A stretch of 24,518 nucleotides of DNA from a bacterium (GTDB lineage: Bacteria; Zhuqueibacterota; Zhuqueibacteria; Oceanimicrobiales; Oceanimicrobiaceae), in NCBI GenBank assembly GCA_046757165.1, contig JBHHXT010000059.1, positions 1-24,518 on the forward strand. Direction: 5' to 3'. The notes beneath the pieces are model-generated. The model was not told where the DNA came from, did not search any database, and saw only the letters and a list, made by a program, of their open reading frames with translations. Both the position numbers and the translations under genes were made by a program. This document shows, piece after piece, positions 9,101 through 17,512 of the stretch. The first letter of the stretch is position 1; each line of letters opens with the position of its first letter.

Positions 9101-11590
9101 CCGGTCTTGATTAAAAACATATCGCTTGTTCGGCTGTTGGGCCGTAGGCTTTTTCGCCAATATTTTCAGATAGGCATGGACAGCAGCGATCACCGGCTGA
9201 ATGTCCTTGTTCCTAAAAACGGCAACGCTTAGACCATCGCGGGCATGCGGATGCAAGTCAAAATAGTCCTGCATTAAACGTAGCAACAACTTGGACTCGC
9301 TCGTTTCCCGGAACATTTCGGTATCGCTGAGGGAATTATCATCCTCCGTGCCCTCGTTATACTGAAGGAGCAAACGTGTCGACAAAGGCGTATCCGTCGA
9401 ATCTGAGGATCCGATTCGGTGGATCAATTCTTGTCCCCTGACGTTAGCATCAAGATTATGTTGCTGGTTAAAGAGGAGTCCGGCCAATGGCGACTGTATG
9501 CTGGAAAGATCGACGTAGGCTCTCCAGATATGAGCCCTGAACGTATCCTTGCTTGGTGTCTGCCCCAGTTCCTTGTTGGCAGCATAATTGAAGCAGCGAG
9601 TGAGATAGACCACCTGGGCTTCCAGCATTTCAACCACCGAAGGATGCAGAACGGTTGCCACGCCCGATTTTTCATGGAAATCAGCATGCCATGTACTTCC
9701 AAGGTGAAGCGGTCTTGGTTCAATAATCAAGAAAGCACGGGTTAACATTCCAACCAGCGATGATTGCCCAATATCCGCCATGGAGGAAGCTTCCTCAAAA
9801 ACATCTGCGTATGCCCTCCTCAGATCTGCCCAGGCAGACTGGGACTCAAAGAGGGTCGCAAAAATACCATTGTCTGCCGCATCTCCAATGAACGTATCAT
9901 ATTTCTCGGCAAGGGTTTTCAGTTTGGAAGACAGAGGATCGTTCTCCTGTGCCCATTCCCCGCTCAATAGATTCGTCAACACTTTCCTATTGTCCCGCTC
10001 GTCTCGGATCGAATGAAGCAACACCCGTCTGATTTCTTCATCTGCGGTCGCCTGAAGCAACTCTTCATAATATGAAATATGATAAACGGGGAGTTTGTGA
10101 ATACCTGTAAGCTCCCCGATGGCGGATTCTGCTCTATGCAACAAATCGACTGAAAGCCGGTACATGTGATGTTCAGGCAACCGCCACCCAAACTTCCTGT
10201 GTAGCGGATTGAATTGCGAAGATATGACAATGGAAAACTCCAGAACTGGTTCGGCACTCTTGCTGTAACGACAATTAATCGCTGGAGACAGAAGATCGCT
10301 GCTGAATTCGATTTCGGAACCGTCCGCATTACTTAAGTTGATATGTTGGGATATGAACGGATCAATTCCCCCGATCAAACGAGTCAGATACCGACGAGCC
10401 AGCTCAGAGTTTTCCGAAATATCATCACCAGTATCAACATCATGTTTGAACAAGTCGGGTGTGATTGAAATTGTCTTGATTTTCAGCTCAGTCTCGCCCT
10501 TATGTTCAAGATAAAAATCCCGCAGAGTCATCCAAGTGGCGGTTAGTAGCACTTCAACAGGACTGCCGGATAACTTGCGGACGCTTTCCCGTTTTTCCTT
10601 CTTTTCCTGCACTTTAAACTTCAGGATTTTATCCCATATCACCACAAAATCACATTGCAGCAATCTGGCACGCTCGGTTTGGTCGTCGGTTTTAATATAT
10701 TTTTTCAGCCCTTCGACAAACTGTTCTCCGGAACCATATGAACCGCAGACATCCTCGTCATCCAATGAAACGGCAGGGTCCTCTCCCTTCCCAATGACAG
10801 CAAGGACCTTATCGATTGCTTTGATCGCCTTGTCCCGTTGGCGCGCTTCAAGAAACATCGTGTAGTTATAGAACTCGGCTGATTTGTTGATGTACAGACT
10901 GAGCTGTTTTCGTTTTTGACTTAAGGGGAAACGACCCAACAGAGGCAAACCGAATTCCTGCAGACTCCCTAGCATGATGCGAGGAATATCCGCAACGTCA
11001 GTGGCATGATTAAGATCTAATGCCTCAAGCCAGTCACTAATCTGCAAAAGATCCCCTCGACCACAAATCAAAAGAGGTTTGATGATCCTATCAAAGGTCG
11101 CAAAATCATCGCCTGTGCAATCCTGTATCCCAATATGATTCAACTTCTCGATCATCCAGCTTTTAAAGCTTTGTCGCATATCGATACGCCATACAACATC
11201 GGGCTCGCAGGTGTGAAAATCAGCCAATCCCCCCGCATCCGTAACACGGTCGGCACCGCATAGCACGATCAACGTACACTTGTCCGACCGCTCCGGCATG
11301 TTGCGATAGTAGGTCAAGTTTCCGCGCTCATCTTTCCAGCCTTTTTCCCGCACCACCCGCTGCCCCTCCAGACTCCAGGTATCCGTAAGGGTTGCCGCAA
11401 TTTTCAGTATCAGCAGCAGTCCATCATCCTTGAGACAGAAACTGGTAATAGCGTCGGCGATCGATAGCATCGTTGTTTCCGGCATTGCAGGTACCATGAA
11501 AATCATTTTCTGTCCCTGTGATACCTCGGAGCGGAACCGGTCAATCTGCGATTTTATATGGTCGCGAACGGTATGGGCGAAATAGTTCAT
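6137..11590 (-). CDS. sspH: PT-associated restriction subunit H-like (SspH/DndH-like): PD-(D/E)xK-type motif plus C-terminal HerA/FtsK-family ATPase (1817 aa)
   Basis: C-terminal HLLIFGSSGQGKT (Walker A), VIVLDEVQNL (Walker B) and REGRKFGLSLILATQ (HerA/FtsK motif). Internal RRPDLMW...LIECK. Third gene of an F-G-H-like triplet next to PT genes. RBS GGAGG; ATGA overlap. Confidence 0.75.
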   Translation of the reverse strand: MNYFAHTVRDHIKSQIDRFRSEVSQGQKMIFMVPAMPETTMLSIADAITSFCLKDDGLLLILKIAATLTDTWSLEGQRVVREKGWKDERGNLTYYRNMPERSDKCTLIVLCGADRVTDAGGLADFHTCEPDVVWRIDMRQSFKSWMIEKLNHIGIQDCTGDDFATFDRIIKPLLICGRGDLLQISDWLEALDLNHATDVADIPRIMLGSLQEFGLPLLGRFPLSQKRKQLSLYINKSAEFYNYTMFLEARQRDKAIKAIDKVLAVIGKGEDPAVSLDDEDVCGSYGSGEQFVEGLKKYIKTDDQTERARLLQCDFVVIWDKILKFKVQEKKEKRESVRKLSGSPVEVLLTATWMTLRDFYLEHKGETELKIKTISITPDLFKHDVDTGDDISENSELARRYLTRLIGGIDPFISQHINLSNADGSEIEFSSDLLSPAINCRYSKSAEPVLEFSIVISSQFNPLHRKFGWRLPEHHMYRLSVDLLHRAESAIGELTGIHKLPVYHISYYEELLQATADEEIRRVLLHSIRDERDNRKVLTNLLSGEWAQENDPLSSKLKTLAEKYDTFIGDAADNGIFATLFESQSAWADLRRAYADVFEEASSMADIGQSSLVGMLTRAFLIIEPRPLHLGSTWHADFHEKSGVATVLHPSVVEMLEAQVVYLTRCFNYAANKELGQTPSKDTFRAHIWRAYVDLSSIQSPLAGLLFNQQHNLDANVRGQELIHRIGSSDSTDTPLSTRLLLQYNEGTEDDNSLSDTEMFRETSESKLLLRLMQDYFDLHPHARDGLSVAVFRNKDIQPVIAAVHAYLKILAKKPTAQQPNKRYVFNQDRNRPYAISVTLFTESNDETDVSSWVQQWRERWEAAETESKYDLYRRCRFSIAHRIIEKDGLSSFQKLINEQFEADIAVFYNFIGAGEGVNCFEKVDTFDVTSRNLKFPILEKACCTISSPADRYRRKRVVSNRQFALGSYHANLLHSLQSGTHQTGTIVVGAGDFTPWRGLIDCLHKKAEWIICIDPNMDERLIKSPLLESGNEREIIGFGSGVGSHGEDNYTVSTEQFSFADILYRLKAAIKSLYASGAGWSTEECEAVAKGILNIAPELSGLSLVRATGVGDEYIRDFMAYALSRKMLQANDSPLCESLISLDAYRHWFDLSENMRRPDLMWMRVEIGSGNRLHIKMHLIECKLGQQSSEHVNKAKSQIDNGLKVLSSAFAPLLGDTGGVSLEDERPDRRYWWMQLHRLIASKTEVIKNRYPDVLAALERLAEGDFEVSWDASVFAFWINRNDEIKRIGYWNAEGSPPVTANVYSIGGSFVRRLITNPEVGDIDWTAFSDQGDEIVVEEGEIIPPEVDDDYTPWEDEDAEDDNHEAPIETAVDVDTPSSDIVTEEHTGAQGSFSHRKDDIPPESTIPRVSAGMGSTVEATDVQTTPEQPVETVGDLNRLGRILLGKTVSSDQPVYWEFDHSDLVNRHLLIFGSSGQGKTYAIQCMLCEMSKFRQNSLIIDYTNGFLPNRLEDVAKEVLDPRQYVVRQEPLPINPFLPQVSDNGGIIIRENSNAIAKRIAGLFDSVYDIGNQQYSVLHRAIMEGVDSLESGMNLDHMLSLIESMAEDKRYKTYAQSLYNKLRPFILDQPFSSGNEGFDWDHLFLKQDPLCNIFQLAGMDMYSGRLITEFILWDLYGHLQSKGKKTDPKVIVLDEVQNLDHKEGSPLSKYLREGRKFGLSLILATQTMSNMKRDERDRMFQAEHKLFFKPADTELKAFADIAALATRQKVDDWVRKLSSLSKGECYSIGKTLSPDGERLVSRALKIRITALEERSFNE

Positions 11591-13203
11591 TTGATATCCT
11601 CCCGAGTGTCAGCCGGGTTATGTATCAGGGCGCAGGAATCAGACAGGTGAATAAGAAATCCGGCTGCCTCAAGCATCTCCTGCAACCACTTATCGGTATC
11701 AGCCGGTAAATAAATCCCTTTTCCGTTCAGCCATTGGCTTGCCCGATCTAATCCATTGGCATCAAAGACCAAGCCATGACGCTGCTCCAGCAAGGTTTTA
11801 AACGTATCAAACGTCAGGCGGCCTCCAAGTGGAACAGTAGTCACCACAAGCAAGCGCAACAATTGTTCGTTGAGAATAAAGCGGGCTCCTGCCCCTCGTT
11901 TTGGCACCACAAAACCGATGCGTTTGGCCAATCCAACAAATAGTTTGCTGCCATAGGCTTTATCCGCCTGCTTGAGAATTTTATTGCGCCCGGTTTCATC
12001 CTCTGGAAGTTGAATGCCCGAACTACGCAAGGCCTGGAAAATTCCTTTTTCAATCTTCTTGACCGAATGCTGGGACAAACGGCGAATCACGGGACGCTTT
12101 TCCTCTGGGGCGGACACGGCAAAACGATAACCTGGCCCATCCATCCCTGTATTATTGTCTGTCACCCGCGCACTTTGCATTGCCAGCGTTCGCAACACCT
12201 GCATGGCACAGGCCGATTCCAACAGATAAATACGGTCAACCACATCAAGGTTTGTTTTCATGAGCCGAAGCAGATCAACCGCGAAAAGGTAGCCTTCCCG
12301 CCAACTGTCGGCATTGCACCAACCCGCTGCAACAAAACGGCGATCATCTTCGAGGCCATCCGTTTGTATAGGTGTATCGGGGTCAAGTCGGGAATCAACA
12401 AACTCAGCCAAATCGGTCAGGGTATCGGGACAATATCCCATCAGACCACCCAGAGTCTTTTCCAGCTCATCATGCAGCCATGCTGGGTCCTGCTCGTTTT
12501 GGCTAAGTCCAAAACCGCCTTTATCGCACCATTCGGAAATCTGCTCTTTCGATTGCCGCAGGGCATTGCAGACCTGTAAATAGAGCAACTCCCCCCCGCG
12601 GGCGAGAAACCTGTGTTTGTTCATTGTCAAATAAGTGTTTAGTGATTTCACCACATCTTGCCAAAGCTCTGGATTACTCCTTTTGGCAGCGGACTCATTC
12701 CAAATCGATTCCCCGGCCAAAAAACCGGAAGAGACCGGCAAAAAACTTTGTGCACACCAGGTACGACCGCTCCCTGCCCCTTGGAAACCGAGAAACAGGT
12801 TCTCAATGGTACGAATAATGTCTTCCTTGTCACCATCCCCGGCAATATGGATACGTTCCCGAAGTCGCGTTAATAACGCCTCGTGATGGGCACGGTGAGT
12901 CTGATGGCGCGAGTCCAGCCTGGATGCCCCGAGAAAGGAGAAAAGTTTTAGGTTCAACCGGGCCTTGGGAGCATATTCAAGCTGTTCATTGTTCCAGTCG
13001 GTAATCTGGGACGGCGAAGGCAAAGCGAGATCAAACACGCCCGACTCGCCGATCTGTTTAGGAGAAAAAACAACCAATAGAAATTCAACCAGCAATTCGC
13101 TGACTGTTTGATCCGAAACAAGCCGTCTGCCATAGAGTTGGATGGCCGGGTTTTTCATGGCCTTTGCTTCATCCGGGTTGTAGGGGAAATAGCTAAAGGA
13201 CAT
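11587..13203 (-). CDS. sspG: PT-associated restriction subunit G-like (SspG/DndG-like, 538 aa)
   Basis: Long ORF with RBS GGAGGTG, overlapping both neighbours, located between the F-like and H-like genes. C-terminal ...LEAAGFLIHLSDS is reminiscent of DndG C-termini. The assignment rests mainly on position. Confidence 0.6.
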   Translation of the reverse strand: MSFSYFPYNPDEAKAMKNPAIQLYGRRLVSDQTVSELLVEFLLVVFSPKQIGESGVFDLALPSPSQITDWNNEQLEYAPKARLNLKLFSFLGASRLDSRHQTHRAHHEALLTRLRERIHIAGDGDKEDIIRTIENLFLGFQGAGSGRTWCAQSFLPVSSGFLAGESIWNESAAKRSNPELWQDVVKSLNTYLTMNKHRFLARGGELLYLQVCNALRQSKEQISEWCDKGGFGLSQNEQDPAWLHDELEKTLGGLMGYCPDTLTDLAEFVDSRLDPDTPIQTDGLEDDRRFVAAGWCNADSWREGYLFAVDLLRLMKTNLDVVDRIYLLESACAMQVLRTLAMQSARVTDNNTGMDGPGYRFAVSAPEEKRPVIRRLSQHSVKKIEKGIFQALRSSGIQLPEDETGRNKILKQADKAYGSKLFVGLAKRIGFVVPKRGAGARFILNEQLLRLLVVTTVPLGGRLTFDTFKTLLEQRHGLVFDANGLDRASQWLNGKGIYLPADTDKWLQEMLEAAGFLIHLSDSCALIHNPADTREDIK

Positions 13204-15472
13204 CGGTCACCTCCAAACGTCCATCATTCACGGAAAAATGCTGTCTTCGGAATGTGTGGTCGGTCCTCAAACGAACCAGCATGATGCGGTCGTCGTCCGC
13301 CGGGATTGCACGCTCAAGAACCTGAGCCTTAAAGCGGTCCAGACGTTCAAGATAGGAGGCCTCCAGCACTTCGCCCAATTCACCAAAATGACGCATCATG
13401 ACATAGTCAAGAAAAGGCACCTTCAAGGGCAGGTTCACATCGTCGATTCGGTCTTTCCCGCACAAAACCAAGTCCTTGCGCTGTTCGCCCGCGGCGCTTT
13501 TGGTCACGTGAAGCTTCAGGGCTGTTGATGTACTCCAATCCACTTGCGCCAAGACGACCTGGGCGCTCTGACGCACCTCGCTTCGACGCCGGCTCAAGGT
13601 TACATAAAGCCTGCGGTCATTCTGCGTTGATCCTTCCGGCAACCGCACCCCGGTAAAATGCTCCTGCAGTACATGGTAGATCTTCCGTTCCAATGTCGTC
13701 TTTTCGTTGAACCCCAGTTGAACCTCAGTATTTTGCCAGGCCTGCCAATCCAGCAAAGTAGGTGAATTCAGATACTGACCCAGATAGTTCTTATCCTCCG
13801 ATTTGAATTTATACAGAAAAAAGAGCATGCGGCGAACCTGCTCACGCGCCTGATCAGGTGTCATATCGCCATACACCGTCTCGCGGGAACCGTGCCTGCG
13901 CAACTTTTCAAACTCTTCGTCCAATGTTTCAATTCCCAGCTTAATGGACGATCCGTAATTAAGCAGCCAGAGCCGATGCTCCCAGTGGGGAGATGGCCGT
14001 TCTCCAAAACCCTGTTTCTCAACTTCCAGCACTGCCTTCATTTCCCAAGCGGAAGCATCCGGAGCGCAACCATTGTCCCCAAAAAAACGATTAAAAAATA
14101 GATACTCCGCAACGAGGGGTCGTGGCCTTTGCTGCTGCAAGGCTTGTATATCGGCCTCCTCCAGTCCCGCGGTTACCAGGTAGGAGAGATGCTCCGTAAA
14201 CTGACGAATCGTAAGGCGAGTACCATATTCATACATCCTGCGGTAGGCGAGGAAAATACGACCCAGCACCCGGCCTTGCTCGCGCCGGAGCAAATCAACG
14301 TTGAAATAAATGGGGCAGGTTTCACTGCAATCGCACTTCCCACACACTGCCCAGCGGTCAGGGGACAGCATTTTCACGAAGATTTGCCGAGCCAGACTCA
14401 AATTATCCATACGAGCCAGATTAAATACACGAAATTCAATAGAATCCAGCGCGAGAACGGCCTCGCCACTGTCGGTGCTGATTGCATCAAGCACCTGACT
14501 CTCCAGGGAAACAGGATTCCCACCGAAATGCTCAGGGTGACGCTTAATCAGATCCAGCAAGGTTCCAGTGTTTGATACCAACAAAAACCTGCGTTCATTC
14601 CCGACAAGTTCGCTAAGCAGGGCGGAATCATCGTTTTTATCGCGCTCACTGAGGTCTTTTATGATGGATATGGAACCGACATCTTCTCGAATCCGTGGAG
14701 GGTCTTCCAGTGGCGCAATGGAAGCAAATCCGCTTAACCGTTTGTAGATCTCCAGCGCAAGGGTGGATTTACCATCTCCAGCATGACCCGTTAAAATAAC
14801 ATGGCGTCCATTTGGGGCTCTCAATTCCTCATGGATGATATCCGCCAGGGGATGAGCCACATGAATCGAGGCAAATTGGGCATTACAGGCCTGGGATTCA
14901 GCCAACGCATTTTCATTGCTTCCTCCGGAACGTTGAAGCGAATTGAGGTAGCCTACAAATTTGTTTGAACATTTAACATCTCCCGAGCTCTCATGCATTT
15001 CTTCAAATAACTTATTGTTAGGATTTGCAGCAGACAAACTGTCATCTATCGCATCAAATATGAGTGAAACAATCTCTTTCCGTTTTGTATCATTCTTCAA
15101 AGCATCAAATAAGCTATCAGATATCAAAGCATATTCCACCAACTCATCTAATGCGCCAGGGCCTCCAATTGTCTGTGTTGACCTGAGAGCTAATTCCTTC
15201 CCTTCCTTGGGCACCAACTTCCAAAATGAGGAAGTACGTAGATGGAAGAATGGCGTATGTGGCCTACAACTACTTTTAGTATTGGGCAATAACTCGGAAA
15301 GCAGATCAGAGAACATTTTTTTGAACGGTTCTCGAAAGAATATCTTTCCGGTTGAAAACTTCTGCTTCTCTAAGAGTTTAATCACAGATAACAACGCAAT
15401 CATTTTATGCGGATTGAAGGCATGCCCTCTCCAACCCAATTTGCTAATTTCCACTTTAAGGGAATCAAGCAT
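13193..15472 (-). CDS. sspF: PT-associated restriction subunit F-like (SspF/DndF-like P-loop NTPase) with N-terminal SBD-like domain (759 aa)
   Basis: Walker A VILTGHAGDGKST, then KDLSE, SNTG and the Cys cluster CGKCDCSETCPI, as in DndF-like proteins. Residues 1-150 carry PHKMIALLSV and TPFFHLRTSSFWKL, the SBD pattern. RBS GGAG; starts 3 bp after the desulfurase stop. Confidence 0.7.
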   Translation of the reverse strand: MLDSLKVEISKLGWRGHAFNPHKMIALLSVIKLLEKQKFSTGKIFFREPFKKMFSDLLSELLPNTKSSCRPHTPFFHLRTSSFWKLVPKEGKELALRSTQTIGGPGALDELVEYALISDSLFDALKNDTKRKEIVSLIFDAIDDSLSAANPNNKLFEEMHESSGDVKCSNKFVGYLNSLQRSGGSNENALAESQACNAQFASIHVAHPLADIIHEELRAPNGRHVILTGHAGDGKSTLALEIYKRLSGFASIAPLEDPPRIREDVGSISIIKDLSERDKNDDSALLSELVGNERRFLLVSNTGTLLDLIKRHPEHFGGNPVSLESQVLDAISTDSGEAVLALDSIEFRVFNLARMDNLSLARQIFVKMLSPDRWAVCGKCDCSETCPIYFNVDLLRREQGRVLGRIFLAYRRMYEYGTRLTIRQFTEHLSYLVTAGLEEADIQALQQQRPRPLVAEYLFFNRFFGDNGCAPDASAWEMKAVLEVEKQGFGERPSPHWEHRLWLLNYGSSIKLGIETLDEEFEKLRRHGSRETVYGDMTPDQAREQVRRMLFFLYKFKSEDKNYLGQYLNSPTLLDWQAWQNTEVQLGFNEKTTLERKIYHVLQEHFTGVRLPEGSTQNDRRLYVTLSRRRSEVRQSAQVVLAQVDWSTSTALKLHVTKSAAGEQRKDLVLCGKDRIDDVNLPLKVPFLDYVMMRHFGELGEVLEASYLERLDRFKAQVLERAIPADDDRIMLVRLRTDHTFRRQHFSVNDGRLEVTDVL

Positions 15473-15475
15473 AAT

Positions 15476-16639
15476 TCACTCCTGTACACACAAGTTTTTT
15501 CCGATTTCATTAAGAGACTGACTCAACAATCCAATAGCTTCTTTTATATCTTTATGAGTTGTGTCTCTCCCGATGGATATTCTTATTGTGCTTTTTGACA
15601 ATTCACTATCACATCCAATTTCTATAAGTACATGAGATGGCGTAACGCTTCCGCCTGAACAAGCTGCTCCCTTGCCAACGGACAAGACTTGTAATTTGTC
15701 GATGAGCAGATCAGCCGGAATGCTTGGGAACGCAATCGAAAACACCCCTGGTAAGCGTGGTGCACCTATTGAGTGAATAACGATCTTGGGGAAAACAGAT
15801 TCGATCTGTGCGACCAACTTTTTCTCAATCTTGGCAATTTCTGAGAAAAGCCCTTCTTGAATATATCTTTGACTTGCAGAGCATGCTTCCCCAAACCCCA
15901 CTATAGCTGGAACATTGCTCGTTCCCGGACGCAGCCCCATTTCTTGTCCACCTCCCCGGAATGGACGCGTCCATGGCCAACGCCGGGGCCCTCCGCGAAC
16001 AAACAGGGCGCCAACCCCTTTGGGGCCATACATTTTATGGGCGCTAAAGGAAGCAAAATCACAGTTGACCGACTGTACGTCAAAAGGAACCTTTCCCAGT
16101 ACCTGAGCAGCATCGGTATGGAAATAGGCTCCATTTTCATGGGCGAGATCCGCCAATTTTGCAATCGGCTGCAAGGTGCCCAACTCATTGTTGGCCGCCT
16201 GCACGGAGACCAGAAGGGTTTTCTCTGTAATCAAGTTCTGGGCGGCCTTGAGATCTGTCACACCTGTCCGGCTTACAGGCAATTTGATGACTTCAAACCC
16301 GTGCCCTTTGAGCAAACGCGAAGGCTCTAAAACAGATTTGTGCTCAATAGATGAAACTACAATCTGGTTGCGTTCGGTTCGCGGGGTCAGCAGTACCCCC
16401 AGAAACAGAAGGTTGTTGCTTTCGGTAGCTCCGGAAGTAAAGATGATTTCGGACGGATGGCAATTGATCAGGTTGCCTATCTGTTCTCTAGCCTTTTTGA
16501 TCGCAGCGGCGGCTCTGCGCCCCATGATGTGGCTGCTGGAAGGATTCCCGTATTCCTCATTCCAGTAGCGCCGCATGGCCTCCACCACCTCGGGGGCACA
16601 TGGTGTTGTCGCACTATGATCCCAATAAATCATTTTCAT
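15476..16639 (-). CDS. sspA: Cysteine desulfurase (IscS/DndA/SspA family, 387 aa)
   Basis: DHSATTP, YGNPSS, FTSGATESNN, EHKSV, HTDAAQ, the PLP-lysine motif SAHKMYGPKGVG and the catalytic Cys loop GAACSGG. Located inside a PT gene cluster. Confidence 0.93.
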   Translation of the reverse strand: MKMIYWDHSATTPCAPEVVEAMRRYWNEEYGNPSSSHIMGRRAAAAIKKAREQIGNLINCHPSEIIFTSGATESNNLLFLGVLLTPRTERNQIVVSSIEHKSVLEPSRLLKGHGFEVIKLPVSRTGVTDLKAAQNLITEKTLLVSVQAANNELGTLQPIAKLADLAHENGAYFHTDAAQVLGKVPFDVQSVNCDFASFSAHKMYGPKGVGALFVRGGPRRWPWTRPFRGGGQEMGLRPGTSNVPAIVGFGEACSASQRYIQEGLFSEIAKIEKKLVAQIESVFPKIVIHSIGAPRLPGVFSIAFPSIPADLLIDKLQVLSVGKGAACSGGSVTPSHVLIEIGCDSELSKSTIRISIGRDTTHKDIKEAIGLLSQSLNEIGKNLCVQE

Positions 16640-16645
16640 ATCTTC

Positions 16646-17491
16646 CTACAAATGACAGATGGTACAGGCCAGCTCTTCGCCATCGTCCAAGTCGCCATCC
16701 CAAATATCTTTCAGTTTCTGGTTTCCCTTGAAAGCCTTAGCTTCTCTGGATTTGCGCTTTTCATACTCTTCTTTTATTTGTGCTATCCGGTCTGGGTGCG
16801 CCAACTCATCCAGGCTCTCCCCCTGATTCCAGGTGTAGCGTTCACCTGTTGCCAGGTCAAATTTTTCATAGGATTTTGCTTTCTCAAAAAGGTCCGGATG
16901 ATTTTCCAACAGTCCCGCCCATTCGCGCTTTTGTTGAAAAAAGCAAAAGTAGCAGCCAGAACGGGAGCGCCAAGCGTAGTATTGGGGCAAACCCAATCCT
17001 GAATTCTTCAAAATCCGCATCACATCATCGTGCCGGATGTTGTCCTCTACAAAAGGCAAGACCGTCGTAACATTCGGTTTGGTAGAGATATATCCTTTCC
17101 GATGGGGTTCGTCTGCCCGGATACCAACATAGCTGATAACAGGATCATCACCGATATAGTCTTCGTAGGGTTTAAGTTTTAAATATTCAGTACACCATCT
17201 CGAGTCAGGCGAGGGTAAAAAACCTCTTTTCAACTGTAATATTTCATCAAAGCCATAGCCCGAAGAGTATTTTAGGTAATGAATTTGTTGCCCCAGATAG
17301 GCTTCAAGCTTAATTAGGTACTCATATGTTTCATCAAGTTCTTTTTCCGTATCACAGAAAACATATTCCACATTTGGTATTTTCCCACGCATATAAACAG
17401 CCAGAGCAGAGCTGTCCTTGCCGCCGGATAGCGCGATGATATGACGAACCGGTTTGTCGGTCTGATCGGTTTTCTTTTTGTTTATATCCAT
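16646..17491 (-). CDS. sspD: PAPS-reductase-family PP-loop protein (SspD/DndC-like, 281 aa)
   Basis: PP-loop IALSGGKDSS, VFCDT, RWCTEYLK, GIRADE, RSGCYFCF and C-terminal CTICHL. Lies between the SspC-like ATPase and the desulfurase. Confidence 0.88.
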   Translation of the reverse strand: MDINKKKTDQTDKPVRHIIALSGGKDSSALAVYMRGKIPNVEYVFCDTEKELDETYEYLIKLEAYLGQQIHYLKYSSGYGFDEILQLKRGFLPSPDSRWCTEYLKLKPYEDYIGDDPVISYVGIRADEPHRKGYISTKPNVTTVLPFVEDNIRHDDVMRILKNSGLGLPQYYAWRSRSGCYFCFFQQKREWAGLLENHPDLFEKAKSYEKFDLATGERYTWNQGESLDELAHPDRIAQIKEEYEKRKSREAKAFKGNQKLKDIWDGDLDDGEELACTICHL

Positions 17492-17512
17492 GACTTCCTT
17501 CCTAAACAGCCT

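Noticed and set aside
15476..17491. Housekeeping Fe-S or sulfate-assimilation role (iscS/cysH)
   Set aside because: No isc, suf or cys neighbours. Both genes are embedded in a DNA-defence operon.
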